NCBI RefSeq assembly: GCF_963921235.1
Contig: NC_086097.1
Location: 173,788,001-173,852,000 of the forward strand
Reading direction: 5' to 3'
Length of the DNA: 64,000 nt
Source of the DNA: Mobula hypostoma
Taxonomy: Eukaryota
The notes below the pieces were generated by a model that saw nothing but the letters and a program-made list of their open reading frames with translations, made no database searches and was not told the origin of the DNA. Positions 53,891-64,000 of the stretch are shown here, piece after piece (the stretch's first letter is position 1; each line of letters starts with the position of its first letter). Position numbers and translations under genes: made by a program.

Positions 53891-55979
53891 GAATGTTCCA
53901 TCAGATAAAAACAGTTACCATTTCCAAAGTACAATTATAATGATATACTTTTTGTTTGTTTACTCATTTAAGAAAATTATTTCAGAGAGACTGGGTCATC
54001 TTTTAATTCCTATTATGCTAGGGTTTTCTCTAGCCACATATTTTCAGGATTTTATGCAGGTCTGCTTTTTCAAGGAATAATGCTGTAGATTATACTGGCC
54101 ATATTTTCTCACTGGCAAAAATTACTTAGCATGTGGCAATGTTGTAGTTGTATAATTTTGCCTACCTTGAGTTAAATCTGAATGTAACATAATGTTGGAA
54201 AGAAAAGAAATCATCTGCAGCATGGAAAAGATTTTGAGGAAAATTATCTGGACAGCATATGAATTAAAACAGATTATGTATTCCACAGCATCAAAGAAAT
54301 GTTGCATTTCCATCATTTGCCCTCGAGATTTTGATCAAAGCCCCTTCACAAACACTTCAATGCTTATACTGCAAATCAAATAACTGTTAATATTTATAAC
54401 TTTTAGTCAATTCGCTAAGCTTGCTCTTCTCATATGCTGAAGTGAGCATCTTGCATTTTCCACTTGTTTCTTTTTCAAGAATACCGTTAGATTCCTGCAA
54501 GTAAATTCTCCACATGGTAAACAATTACACATGCGTTCTGAATTTTGCTAAGACACATTGTCTTGGAAAAAAACTGGTAATCCCCATTAGTTGTTTTTCC
54601 TCATTGATACTTACATTGACATGGACATGATGTTGCAACACTGTTTTGGCAACCTTGAGCCAGTACGTCACATAAAGAGCAACAAATCTTTTTCAGCAAG
54701 GAAAAATTATGTTAATGCTGCCAAAGAGCTGATAATAGCGTATCCTTTCACTCAATTTTCAAATCAAGTCTGACTGAATTGTAGTTAATCTGAAAAGCCT
54801 TGGTTATTGCAGCCAAATTTGTAAGGAACAGACAAAATGATATTGCTTCCTATAACATTTTAAGCACCAACATGAAACTCAAGAACATATACTTCCAAAG
54901 TAATTTCAGAGATTTTAAGTCTCCCCCCCATTCAAACTTAAATATAAAACCTCTTAAAGCAATACTGAAAGATCTTTACAACATAAGCTATCCTAGAAGA
55001 TACAAATAGGGCATGCATAAAAGTGAAAATGTTAAGGTAATTTAATTTTATATATTTTTATTAATGTATTTTAATAAGATTAGTATAGCATCACGACTAC
55101 CGAATGTTATAGGGAAAAGATGCATACAAAAATAAACTATTTTCAGCTATTTTATCAACAAATTCTTTCCATCATAAAGTCATAAATGGAGATGTTCACT
55201 AAATACTGAACAATGCTCAATTCCCTCAGCCATACTCCAATCCAAGAAGAACCAGACAACAATCACACCACAAAAATGCAAGACAACAGCCATCTCCAAA
55301 AAAAAAGTGTCTGAACACTCCCCTTGACATTCACTGGCATTGCTTTCAATGCATCTCCCCACCATTAAGATTCCACAGGTCAGCATTGACCAGAAACTCA
55401 AATGGATCAGCAGGTCAGAGACTGGGTATCTTGCTGTGAGTGACTCCCCAGGGTCATTCCCATTATTTACAAGGCCCATGTCAGGAATGGAGGGAATGCT
55501 CACAATTTCCCTGAATAAGTTCAGTATCAACATTTTTCAAGAAGATCAGCATTACCTTGGACAAATTGCCACCTTGGCTGAAACCCCGTCAACCATTTTA
55601 AATATTCATTCCCTCAATCACATGAAAATTTCACTGCAGTTACTTACTCCGGACTACTATGACAGCATTTCTCAAACACGTAACCTCCAGAACCAAGAAA
55701 GGTAAGGGCAGCATATGCATTAACCTCATTGTCACTGGGTCTAAATCCTGGATTTTCCCCAACTTACCCCATTCTATTGTGGTTGTTACAAGTTAACTCT
55801 GCTAATAACCTGCTTCAACATCAAACCAATCCCGTGGCCCTATCATAAAAAGGCCACCAGGTATAGTTGAATAGCACAGAAAGTCAATCAAGAGATGGTG
55901 CACAGGAAGCAAATAAGAATGTAATGGTAGTCTAAGTGTTGAGTGGTACTCACCACCACACAGGCAAGTTGTGATTAGG

Positions 55980-56440
55980 TGACAAGGGGTGCAGAAAACA
56001 TTTGCAAGGACAATGCCTGGATTAGAAGGCTTGAGTCTGTTTTACTTGGAGCGGAGGAAACTGAGAGGTGACATGATAGAGTTATATAAAAGTATGACAG
56101 CCATAGATATGGTAGATAGCAGAGTTGTTTTCCCATGGTCAGGATTTCTAAAATTAGAGGGCATAGGTTTAAATTGAGAGACAGGAGGTTTAAAGGCAAC
56201 CTGAGAGGCAAATTTTGCACATAAAGTGTAGTTTGTATCTGGAATGAGCTGCCAGAGGAGGTGATGGAGGCATGAACAGCAACAGCATTTAAAAGGCATC
56301 TTAACATGTACTTTGAATGAGGAAGACGTAAAAAAAATATGGAAGGATTGCAGTCAAGTGGGATTGGCAGATATAGACATGCTGTGAGGCATTGACACTG
56401 GGCCAGATGACCTGTTTCTCTTTTTTACACTATGACTCTA
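55980..56440 (+). mobile_element. CR1 3' fragment, degraded
   Basis: QKTFARTMPGLEGL..LERRKLRGDMIELYK. Confidence 0.75.
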
Positions 56441-56963
56441 CGGGGGCAGTAGAGTGAGAGGGATTCTCACTCTACTCTCTGCAGCAAAGAACAAGAGCCC
56501 ATAAGACCATACAACCTGCCCAGTGCCAAGGCTCAGGACATCTCATTGGAACAATATATTGAGGTACAACAACAGGACAAGGAAATCAGAATCCAAAGGT
56601 AAACAAATTAAGAAGTAGGAGTTCAAATGTAATAACATCTAAATTACTACCAAGCCACAAACAATTGGTAAATAAAATTGGAGAAATAAAGGCATGGTTC
56701 GATGACTGATGTGGTTGGAACAAGTTTCAGTTAATGGGGTACTGGTACTGGTACTGGGGAAAATGTGAACTGTACCACTGGGATAATCTACACCAGAACT
56801 GTTCTTGCAGTGATTATCTATAAAACTGCATAAATACTGAAGCAGATAGGATTTTAAGCAAATTAGTATCAACAAGGAAGATATGAATACTCAGAAAGCA
56901 CACAAAAGACAAGTGAGGAAGGTCATAAGAAGTAAAGGACTGTGAAATTATAGAATAATATAT

Positions 56964-57220
56964 GGGGTGCTACGGTAGCATAGCGGTTTGTGCAATGCTA
57001 TTACAGCTCAGAGCCTTACAGTTCAGAGTTCAGTTTCAGCACCTATAAGAAAGTGTGTACGTTCTTCCATGTGCACATGGGTTTACTTTAAGTGCTCTGG
57101 TTCCTTCCCAAGTCCAAAGACATACTGGTTAGTAGGTTAATTGGTATTGTCAATTGTCCTGTGATCAGGCTGGGGTTAAATCGGTGTGTTGCTGGATAGT
57201 GCAGCTCAGTGGGCCCTGGA
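56964..57220 (+). mobile_element. tRNA-derived V-SINE
   Basis: Same family as 17175-17430, in the opposite orientation. Confidence 0.75.
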
Positions 57221-57426
57221 ATATATCAAAAAAAAAATTCACAAATCCAGCAGTAAATCTGAAACTAAAGTATGAGATTATGAAAATATCAAAAGGACAA
57301 AATTAAGGGTGACTCATCTGAATATACACAGAATTGGAAAGAAGTAGATGAACTGAGAAGATAAATTAGAAATAAGTGTGATATAATAGACATTTCTGCA
57401 TTCTGACATAGACTGATACCTGAATA

Positions 57427-58125
57427 CAATGGATCTTAGTTAATTGGGACACATCAGGACCAGTACATTTTGGCCCAGTTTGAACAGCTGCCCCAATTAG
57501 TCGAAGTATCATGGAAATAGTTAAAAGGTATAAAAAAAAAGCAAACTACCACTTAACTGAGTAACAATATGTATTTAACTGAAAAACAAAACAAATTAGA
57601 ACACTACCTATACCACGACAGTACGATAAAACTGTGTAATAGTACCTAATAGTCATCAACAGAGGAATTAATCCAGTGTATACTACCGTGTTCTTTTGAT
57701 TGACTGAAAATGAACAAAATCAGTACGGACACGTCATACACATAATACACTGCCTTCATACAATGCTTTCGACGAATGCATCCTCCAAATCTTCATTTCC
57801 ATTGTAACATGCAAGATGATTGCTGATACTTTCAAATTCTTCAGAGTTCCTCACTTGAAGTAGAGAAACCATTTAATTTTTACTCCTGGCTGCTTCTGGC
57901 ATCTCAAAGCCTAAATGCTTCAAAGCACAGTGAACAAATAATGCTATTTAAAAACTGTTCTCTCTAAGCATGGTGTATTGTCTGATAAGCCGTACAAGTG
58001 CACGCAACTGATGCTAGTTGGAAGCTGTTTGGCAACAGCCTCCTGTCCCAATTAAAAGAAGGGAATCCCGGCTATTTTCTCAATTAGTTTTTGTTCTAAG
58101 AGTTGTCCCAAACTGGAATCCACTG
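57427..58125. mobile_element. Tigger/pogo-type MITE
   Basis: Imperfect TIRs caatggatcttagtt / aactggaatccactg, TA before the left end, and subterminal aattgggaca / tgtcccaatt motifs. Confidence 0.65.
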
Positions 58126-58166
58126 CATTCAATGGAAAAGATATTTATAAAGGAGAAGAAGCAAGG

Positions 58167-58414
58167 GAACTTCACAGTTCTTTACTTCATCCCTCCCCCT
58201 CCCAGTTTCACCTATCATCTGGTGTTTCTTTCTCCCCTCCCCCCACCTTTTAAATCTACCCCTCAGCTTTTTCTCTCCAGTCCTGCTGAAGGGTTTCGGC
58301 CTGAAACGTCGACTGTACTTTTTTTCCATAGATGCTGCCTGGCCTGCTGAGTTCCTCCAGCATTTTGTGTGTGTTGCTCGGATTTCCAGCATCTGCAGAT
58401 TATCCCTTGTTTGT
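58167..58414 (+). mobile_element. Penelope-like terminal repeat
   Basis: Near-copy of 11270-11527 and 47570-47780. Confidence 0.8.
58278..58315 (+). ncRNA. Minimal type I hammerhead motif, CUGCUGA (A6C) variant with complete stems
   Basis: cagtc-CTGCTGA-A-gggt-ttcg-gcct-GAAAC-GTC-gactg. Confidence 0.7.
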
Positions 58415-58806
58415 AACCATCAACAAAGATCCTCATCACCAAATCCAAGCTCTTTTGTCTCTGCTGCCATCAGGTAGAAGGTACAAGTGCCTGAGAACTC
58501 ACAGCACCAGGTTCAAGAACAGTTACCACCCCTCAACCATCAGGCTCTTGAACAGAAGAGGATAGCTACACTCATTCTATTTCTGGTGTTCCCACAACCA
58601 AAGATCTCACTTTAAAGACTCCTTATCTTGTTATTTCATGCTCCCATTATTTATTGCTATTTATTTATATTTGCATTTGCACAGTTTGTTGTTTATTGAT
58701 TCTGTTTATAGTTACTGTTCTATAGATTTGCTGAGTATGCCCGTAGGAATATAAGGATCGTACATGGCAACACATATGTACGCTGATAATAAATTTTACT
58801 TTGAAC
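58415..58806 (+). mobile_element. Rex1/Babar-type 3' fragment
   Basis: KDPHH..LLSLLPSGRRYKCLRTHSTRFKNSYHPSTIRLLN. Confidence 0.8.
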
Positions 58807-58879
58807 TCTTTTTTTTCACATTTGCCTAAGAGAAACATTAGCAAACAAATGGACAGTAAATAGCCCTCAAATGTAAAAA

Positions 58880-59330
58880 GTCATAAAGCCATAAAACATG
58901 GAAACAGCCCCTTCAGCCCAAATGGTCTATGCCAACCGAAATTCAAATCTGAACTAGTATCCATCACCTATCCACGTACTTGTTCAAGTTATTTTTAAAT
59001 ATTGCTCATGCCTTAAGCACATCATCTGGCACCTCCTTCCACATACTGACCACACTCTTGAGTGAAAATGTTGCCTCCAAATTCCTATTAAGTGTCTGCC
59101 CCTCACCCTATCTTCTCTAGTTCTTAATTTTTCAACCCTGGAAAAGTCTGTGTGCACTCCCCCTGTCTATGCCCCTCATGATCTTATACATCTCCGTAAG
59201 ATCACCCCTCGTTCTCCTATGCTCTAATAAATAAAATCTCAACATGCTCAACCTCTCTTCATAAGTCAGTTCCATGAGTCCCAGCAACCTCTTCGGAAAT
59301 CTTCTCTGCATTCTTTCCAGCTAAATGGAA
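58880..59330 (-). mobile_element. CR1 3' fragment, degraded
   Basis: Similar to 4581-5050. Confidence 0.7.
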
Positions 59331-60099
59331 ATCAAAACAGCTGCCAATACGTGAAAATCTGAAGTAACAGGGAATGATGAAGGGCCTTTGACCAAAACAC
59401 ATTATCTGCTCCTCTTTCTACAAATTATGCTTGACTTGCCAAGTGTTTCTAAAATTCTCTATTTTTATTTCTGCCCTTAGTAGTATTTTCTACATTAGGA
59501 TAATTCACTAGAAATAGTTGTTCTACACTTCTCTTCCTTCATTTGTTACCAATTATATCCTCCATACATCTATCTCCTCCGGACTCAATCTTCCAATGCT
59601 TTTCTGGTGTGATCCCCATACTCCACTAAGATCAGTTTATTCGATGCAATAGTATGAGATTACAAGGCAAAGTAAAATAACATGTCCAGCAGCTGGAACA
59701 GAATGAGCATTTCAGAGAAAACTAAGTCATAATGTCTAATTTTCCAATTATAATTCCATGTTAACTTCAAAAAGTATTTTGCAATACACAGTGTCTTATT
59801 ATTGTGTTATGATACCCTGCTGACCTCAAATATCACATTAATTAACTGATAAATTTGAGGGATTTTTAAGCTGTTCTCATTCCACTGAGAACTAGATGGA
59901 AGACAGCCAGAACTCTTTGTACTTGTGATCCTTAATAGCCACTTATTGAAGCTAAATTTAACACCATGCCTTTGAATAAATAGTTTTGCAAGCCATTATA
60001 ACAATTAGTGTGGAAAAACATAAACAGAAACCAATAATTCTGAACTGTTGGCTCATCTCCATTGTTTCAAAATGACAACTGGCAAGTGGGAATCTTTTA

Positions 60100-61680
60100 A
60101 GTCAGAATTAATATCAGTTCAGAACCAGCATGTTTCCAGTAACAGTGAAGGACAAAGATGGCAAGATTAGGGATTCTTGGATGACAATGAATGTTGAAGG
60201 TTTGATGAAGCATATAGTGGGTCTAGGAACTGGCATCAAGGGGATCTCTTGAGATGTTAGATAAAACTTAAAAAAATAAATTAGGAGGGCAAAGGGGGGC
60301 TATAAAATTTTCTTGGTAAGTAAGGCTGAGGAGAATCCCAAGACATTTCATATGTATAACAGAAGTCATAGTCATACTTTATTGATCCCGAGGGAAATTT
60401 GCTTTCGTTACAGTTGCACCAACCAAGAACAGTATAAATATAGCCATATAAAACCATAAATAATTAAATAATAATATGTAAATTATGCCAGGAAATAAGT
60501 CCAGGACCAGCCTATTGGCTCAGGGTGTCTGACCCTCCAAGGGAGGAGTTGTAAAGTTTGATGGCCACAGGCAGCAATGACTTTCTATGACGCTCGGTGT
60601 TGCATCTCGGTGGAATGAGTCTCTGGCTGAACGTACTCCACTTGGGAACCAAAGAGAGTAATGTACGTGTAGTGCCTGGTAATCTGGGAAATGTCCTAAA
60701 TGCTTCTCATATTTTCCTGTATTTGTCAAGGAAAAGGACGTGGAATACATTGACTTCAAGGAGAGGTACATGGAAAATGTATCCTTAACAAAGAATTTTT
60801 CCAATATCTAGGACAAGGCAGTGTTAAGGAGAAAATGTAAACTGTCATATGATACATAAGGGTTGATAAATCCCAAGGGCCACATGACATCTATCACAGA
60901 TTGTTACGGAAGGAAAGGGAGCAGCTAGCTTGAAAGTGAATGCTGGGCTCTGATGGATATTTTTGCACCTCTGTTAATCATAGATGAGATGCCAAAGACT
61001 TCTGGATTATTTATGTTGTTCCTTTACTCAACAATGGCAGCAGGGATAAAGCCAGGTAACTACAAGCCAATGAGCCTTACATCAGGGGTAAAGAAATTAT
61101 TGAAGAAAATCCTAAGGAATAAGATTTATGTACAGAGAAGCTAGAAAGTTTGTGAACCTTGTATAATTTTCTATATTTCTGTATACATATGACCTAAAAT
61201 TTGATCAGATCTTCACCCAAGTCCTAAAACTAGATAAAAAGAACCCAATTAAATAAATAACACAAAAAAAAATTATAATTGTTCGTTTATTCATTTCAGG
61301 CTTTGTGTAGGAGAAAACCTGCCTCAACAATTTGAGTGAGTTTTTCGATGAAAGCAGGATAGTAAAAGGACTTTAGTAAGGCATTTGACAAGGTCCTATA
61401 TAGCGGGCTAGCAAAGAATGCAGGATTTTTGACAAAGGAGTTAATTAATCCAAAAATGCTTTGGCAATAAGATGCAGAGGGTGATTGTGGAAGGGTACTT
61501 CTCTGATTGGAAATCTGTGAGCAGTCATGTACTACAGGAATTGGTGCAGGGACGCTTCTTGTTTTTTAATATTTATTAACAAACTGACTGCGGGAAGTGT
61601 GATCAGTCACTTTGTAGATGGTGCAAACGTTAAGCGTTATTGTGGAAAGCACAGAAGGTTATCAAAGGTGAGAGCAGGAT
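60100..61680 (+). mobile_element. Old CR1 ORF2 remnant hosting a Rex1 3' end (60365-60640, minus) and a Tc1 terminal fragment (61133-61295)
   Basis: KPGNYKPMSLTSGV, FSKAFDKV-like and GLVQG-like remnants; (GTCATA)n tail; TA+cagagaagctagaaagtttgtgaac Tc1-type end. Confidence 0.65.
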
Positions 61681-62094
61681 AAGATTGGTTATTGATTTGT
61701 TATTGTTCCATATAGTGAGGTACAGTGAAAAGCTTGTCTTGCATAATGTTCATACAGATCAATTCATTTCACGGTGCACTGAGGTAGAACAAAGTAATGC
61801 AATACAGAAGCTGAATAAAGTGACAGTTAGAGAAAAAGTGGTGCAGGAAAAACAATAAAGGTGCAAGGCCATAACAAGGTAGACTATGAAGTCAAGAGTT
61901 CACTTTACCATCCCAGGTAACAATATAGCAGTCTTGTAACAGTGGAGTAGAAGCTGTCCTTAAGCCTTGTAATACACATTTTAAGGCTTTTGTATGTTTT
62001 GTTCAATGGAAGATAGAAGAAGAGAGAATGTTTGGGCTGAGTGAGGGCTTCAATTATACTTTCTGCTTTACTAAGACATCAAGTCCATGGAGGA

Positions 62095-62385
62095 GAACAC
62101 AAAATACTGGAAGAACTCAGCAGGTCAGGCAGCATCTATGTTCAATATTCCAGGCAAAGACCCTTCATCAAGATTGGAAAAGATAGAGGAAGAAGCCAAA
62201 ATACAGAGGTAAGGTGAGGGGAAGGAGTCTAAGCCAGCAGGTGATATGCAGCAGTTAGCGTGGCATAAATAAGTAAATAAATAGGGTGAGAGGGAAAGTG
62301 GGTGGGGGAGGAGGGACAAACTGAGAGGCAGAGAGATGATAGGTGAAAGAGGGAAGGGGCTGAAGGGAAGGAATCTGATGAGAGA
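62095..62385 (-). mobile_element. Old Penelope-like terminus with degenerate hammerhead (62139-62176)
   Basis: Similar to 25160-25400. Confidence 0.65.
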
Positions 62386-62444
62386 GCTTTCTTGACCATG
62401 CTGTCAACACGGTTGGACCAGGCCAGGCTATTCGTGAGTTCACT

Positions 62445-63431
62445 CAACTTGAAGCTTTCTGTAGCCAGCTAAGAGTCTTTCAATTCTTGTTTGGGGGATT
62501 TTTGCCCATTCTTCCTTCCAAAAGACTTCCAGTTCTGTGAAATTCTTGGGCCGTCTTGCATGCACTGCTCTTATGAGGTTTATCCACAGATTTTCAATGA
62601 TGTTTAGGTCGGGGAGGACTGTGAGGGCCATGACAAAACCTTCAGCTTCCTCTTCTTGAGGTAGTCCATTATGGATTTTGAGGTGTGTTTAGGATCATTA
62701 TCCTGTTGTAGAACCCATCCTCTTTTCATCTTCAGCTTTTTTATAGACGGTGTGATGTCTGCTTCCAGAATTTGCTGGTATTTAATTGAATTAATTCTTC
62801 CCTCTACCAGTGAAATGTTCCCCATGCCACTGGCTGCAACACAAACCCAAAGCATGATCGATCCACCCCCGTGCTTAACAGTTGGAGAGGTGCTCTTTTC
62901 ATAAAATTCTGCACCCTTTTTTCTCCAAACATACCTTTGCTCATTGCAGTCAAAAAGTTCTATTTTAACTTCATCAGTCCACAGGACTTGTTTCCAAAAT
63001 GCATCAGGCTTGTTTAGGTGTTCCTTTGCAAACTTCTGACGTTGAATTTTGTGGTGAGGACGCAGGAAAGGTTTTCTTCTGATGACTCTTCCATGAAGGT
63101 CATATTTGTGCAGGTATCGCTGCACAATAGAACAGTGCACCACCACTTCAGAATCTGCTAAATTTTCCTGAAGGTCTTTTGCAATCAAACAGGGCTTTTC
63201 ATTTGCCTTTCTAGTAATCCTACGAGCAGTTCTCTCGGAAAGTTTTCTTGGTCTTCCAGACCTCAACTTGACCTCCACCATTCCTGTTAACTGCCATTTC
63301 TTAATTACATTACGAACCGAGGAAACGGCTACCTGAAAACACTTTGCTATCTTCTTATAGCCTTCTCCTGCTTTGTGGGCATCATTTATTTTAATTTTCA
63401 GAGTGCTAGGCGGCTGCTTAGAGGAGCCCAT
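62445..63431 (-). pseudogene. Tc1 transposase, open from ATG 63431 to a single 2-nt frameshift at about 62613
   Basis: HTH GEGYKKIAK..SSVRNVIKKW, GRPRK, WTDEVK, QQDNDPKH. After the frameshift comes PDLNIIENLW, with 34 residues between D and E once corrected. Confidence 0.92.
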
Positions 63432-63795
63432 GGCTGCTGATTGTTGGGACAAGGTTTGAGAATTCACGGTATTTATAAAGCTTTGAAATTTGCATCACCT
63501 GGCCTTTCCAAATGATGACTGTGAACAAGCCATAGCCCTAACAAGCTAATTAAGGTCTGAGACCTTGGTAAAAGTTATCTGAGAGCTCAAATCTCTTGGA
63601 GTGCCCAAATTTTTGCATGTTGCTCCTTTCCTTTTTTTCACTCTAAAATTGTACAAAACAAAAATAATACACTAATCTTGCTTAAAATTTTGAAAAGAAT
63701 GTTTTATCTTTAACTTTATGTCTTTTGGAGATCAGTTCATCTTCTACTCACTTAACTATTCACAGTAACAGAAATTTTGACTGGGGTGCCCACTG
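62445..63795 (-). mobile_element. Tc1 (DD34E) DNA transposon, 3'-truncated
   Basis: 5' end TA|cagtgggcacccc at 63795, followed by a long terminal region and the transposase. The right TIR is absent. Confidence 0.9.
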
Positions 63796-64000
63796 TATAT
63801 TTAAGGCGGAGGTTAATGGGTTCTTGATTAATCAGAGTGACAAAGGTTATGGGGAGAAGGCAGAAGAATGGCGTTGAGAGGGATAATAAATCAGCTATGA
63901 TGGAATAGTTGAGCAGACTCAATGCCTAATCCACTCTTACATCTTATGGTCTACTCCATTTAAAAGATACTTAGACATTTAGAGGGACACAAAAATCGGC

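Noticed and set aside
56449..56475. Perfect 11-bp stem hairpin gtagagtgaga-gggat-tctcactctac
   Set aside because: Isolated, too short for a pre-miRNA, and without supporting context.
22700..64000. Searched for the preceding VPS13B exon (ITDQQLPMFIRIMQLGIALYYG), including ORFs 42034-42291, 44685-44882 and 54122-54316
   Set aside because: None resembles VPS13B or any protein I recognise. A by-eye search could have missed a diverged exon.

Overview
Eukaryotic, repeat-dense DNA, most likely from a cartilaginous fish (probably a ray; inferred from the repeat families and the host protein). The window appears to lie inside VPS13B (COH1) on the minus strand. Two coding exons are recognisable: 22377-22651 (equivalent to human exon 8) and 1192-1287 (equivalent to human exon 9). 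Everything else is intron. The introns hold nested CR1 and Rex1/Babar LINE fragments, V-SINEs, two Tc1 transposons, Tigger and hAT MITEs, a fossil POGK-like pogo transposase, a young but internally deleted Gmr1-like (SCAN-capsid) Gypsy provirus with two LTRs and a 4-bp TSD, and a truncated Gypsy with a PNMA-like gag. The most notable signal is about a dozen Penelope-like element (PLE) termini carrying a minimal type I hammerhead-ribozyme motif, consensus CAGUC-CUGAYGA-A-GGGUYUCGGCCC-GAAAC-GUC-GACUG. These include three tiny non-coding insertions (87, 139 and 300 bp) with 13-14 bp TSDs, one a near-perfect hairpin, and a recurrent CUGCUGA core variant. All assignments were made by eye without database searches; boundaries of degraded repeats are approximate.
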